From Micromonosporaceae bacterium (GTDB lineage Bacteria; Actinomycetota; Actinomycetes; Mycobacteriales; Micromonosporaceae): a stretch of 52,334 nt of DNA. Made by a program: the position numbers and the translations under genes. The stretch spans positions 1 to 52,334 of the forward strand of contig DASVMV010000331.1 in assembly GCA_036384155.1 (NCBI GenBank), written 5' to 3'. Shown here piece by piece: positions 52,310 through 52,334 of this stretch (the first letter of the stretch is position 1; every line of letters starts with the position of its first letter). The notes under the pieces are model-generated. The model was not told where the DNA came from, searched no databases, and worked only from the letters and a program-made list of their open reading frames with translations.

Positions 52310-52334
52310 GGATCGACTCCCTTGTGATGAGGAA

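Noticed and set aside
1-52334. rRNA, tRNA or other structured RNA genes; prophage or integrative-element boundaries
   Set aside because: I recognised no tRNA-like cloverleaf segments or rRNA-like conserved stretches by eye, and no integrase or att-like long direct repeats. Absence by inspection is weak evidence and should be confirmed with tRNAscan/Infernal.

Overview
This is a very GC-rich window (about 70% or more by eye) with strong third-position GC bias and many 4- to 14-nt gene overlaps, typical of an actinomycete chromosome; I cannot place the genus. I saw no rRNA, tRNA or CRISPR array.

Gene content, left to right:
- An accessory-looking left end: AraC tail, SAM methyltransferase, frameshifted transposase remnant, DUF222/HNH protein.
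- A ChlI/MoxR-like AAA+ ATPase plus VWA pair.
- A decayed ars-like patch: ArsR, PAT/ArsN-like GNAT, arsC remnant.
- A ferric-reductase / FMN-binding / ApbE triad.
- A TrmB-LuxR regulator divergent from a large S8 peptidase.
- A NarL-type two-component system.
- A roughly 21-kb glycan locus (19623-41057).
- ArsR-SRPBCC, RelE/Phd, an APH-like kinase, two ABC-2 exporter pairs, PadR and a Tat-signal metallophosphoesterase.

The glycan locus carries a full recognisable pseudaminic acid pathway (pseB, pseC, pseH, pseG, pseF-like, pseI). It also holds three GT2 glycosyltransferases, a GT-C-like membrane protein and an ACP / adenylating ligase / SDR / PPTase-like cassette.

The most interesting element sits at the core of that locus. 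It is a two-gene module of proteins I cannot assign to any family: A of about 278 aa and B of about 590 aa. The module is present twice, in convergent mirror orientation, and both copies keep the same 14-nt A/B overlap.

The window is also unusually rich in 12-19 bp tandem duplications, several lying exactly on translation starts or in divergent promoters.

All functional calls come from motif recognition by eye; no database search was run.
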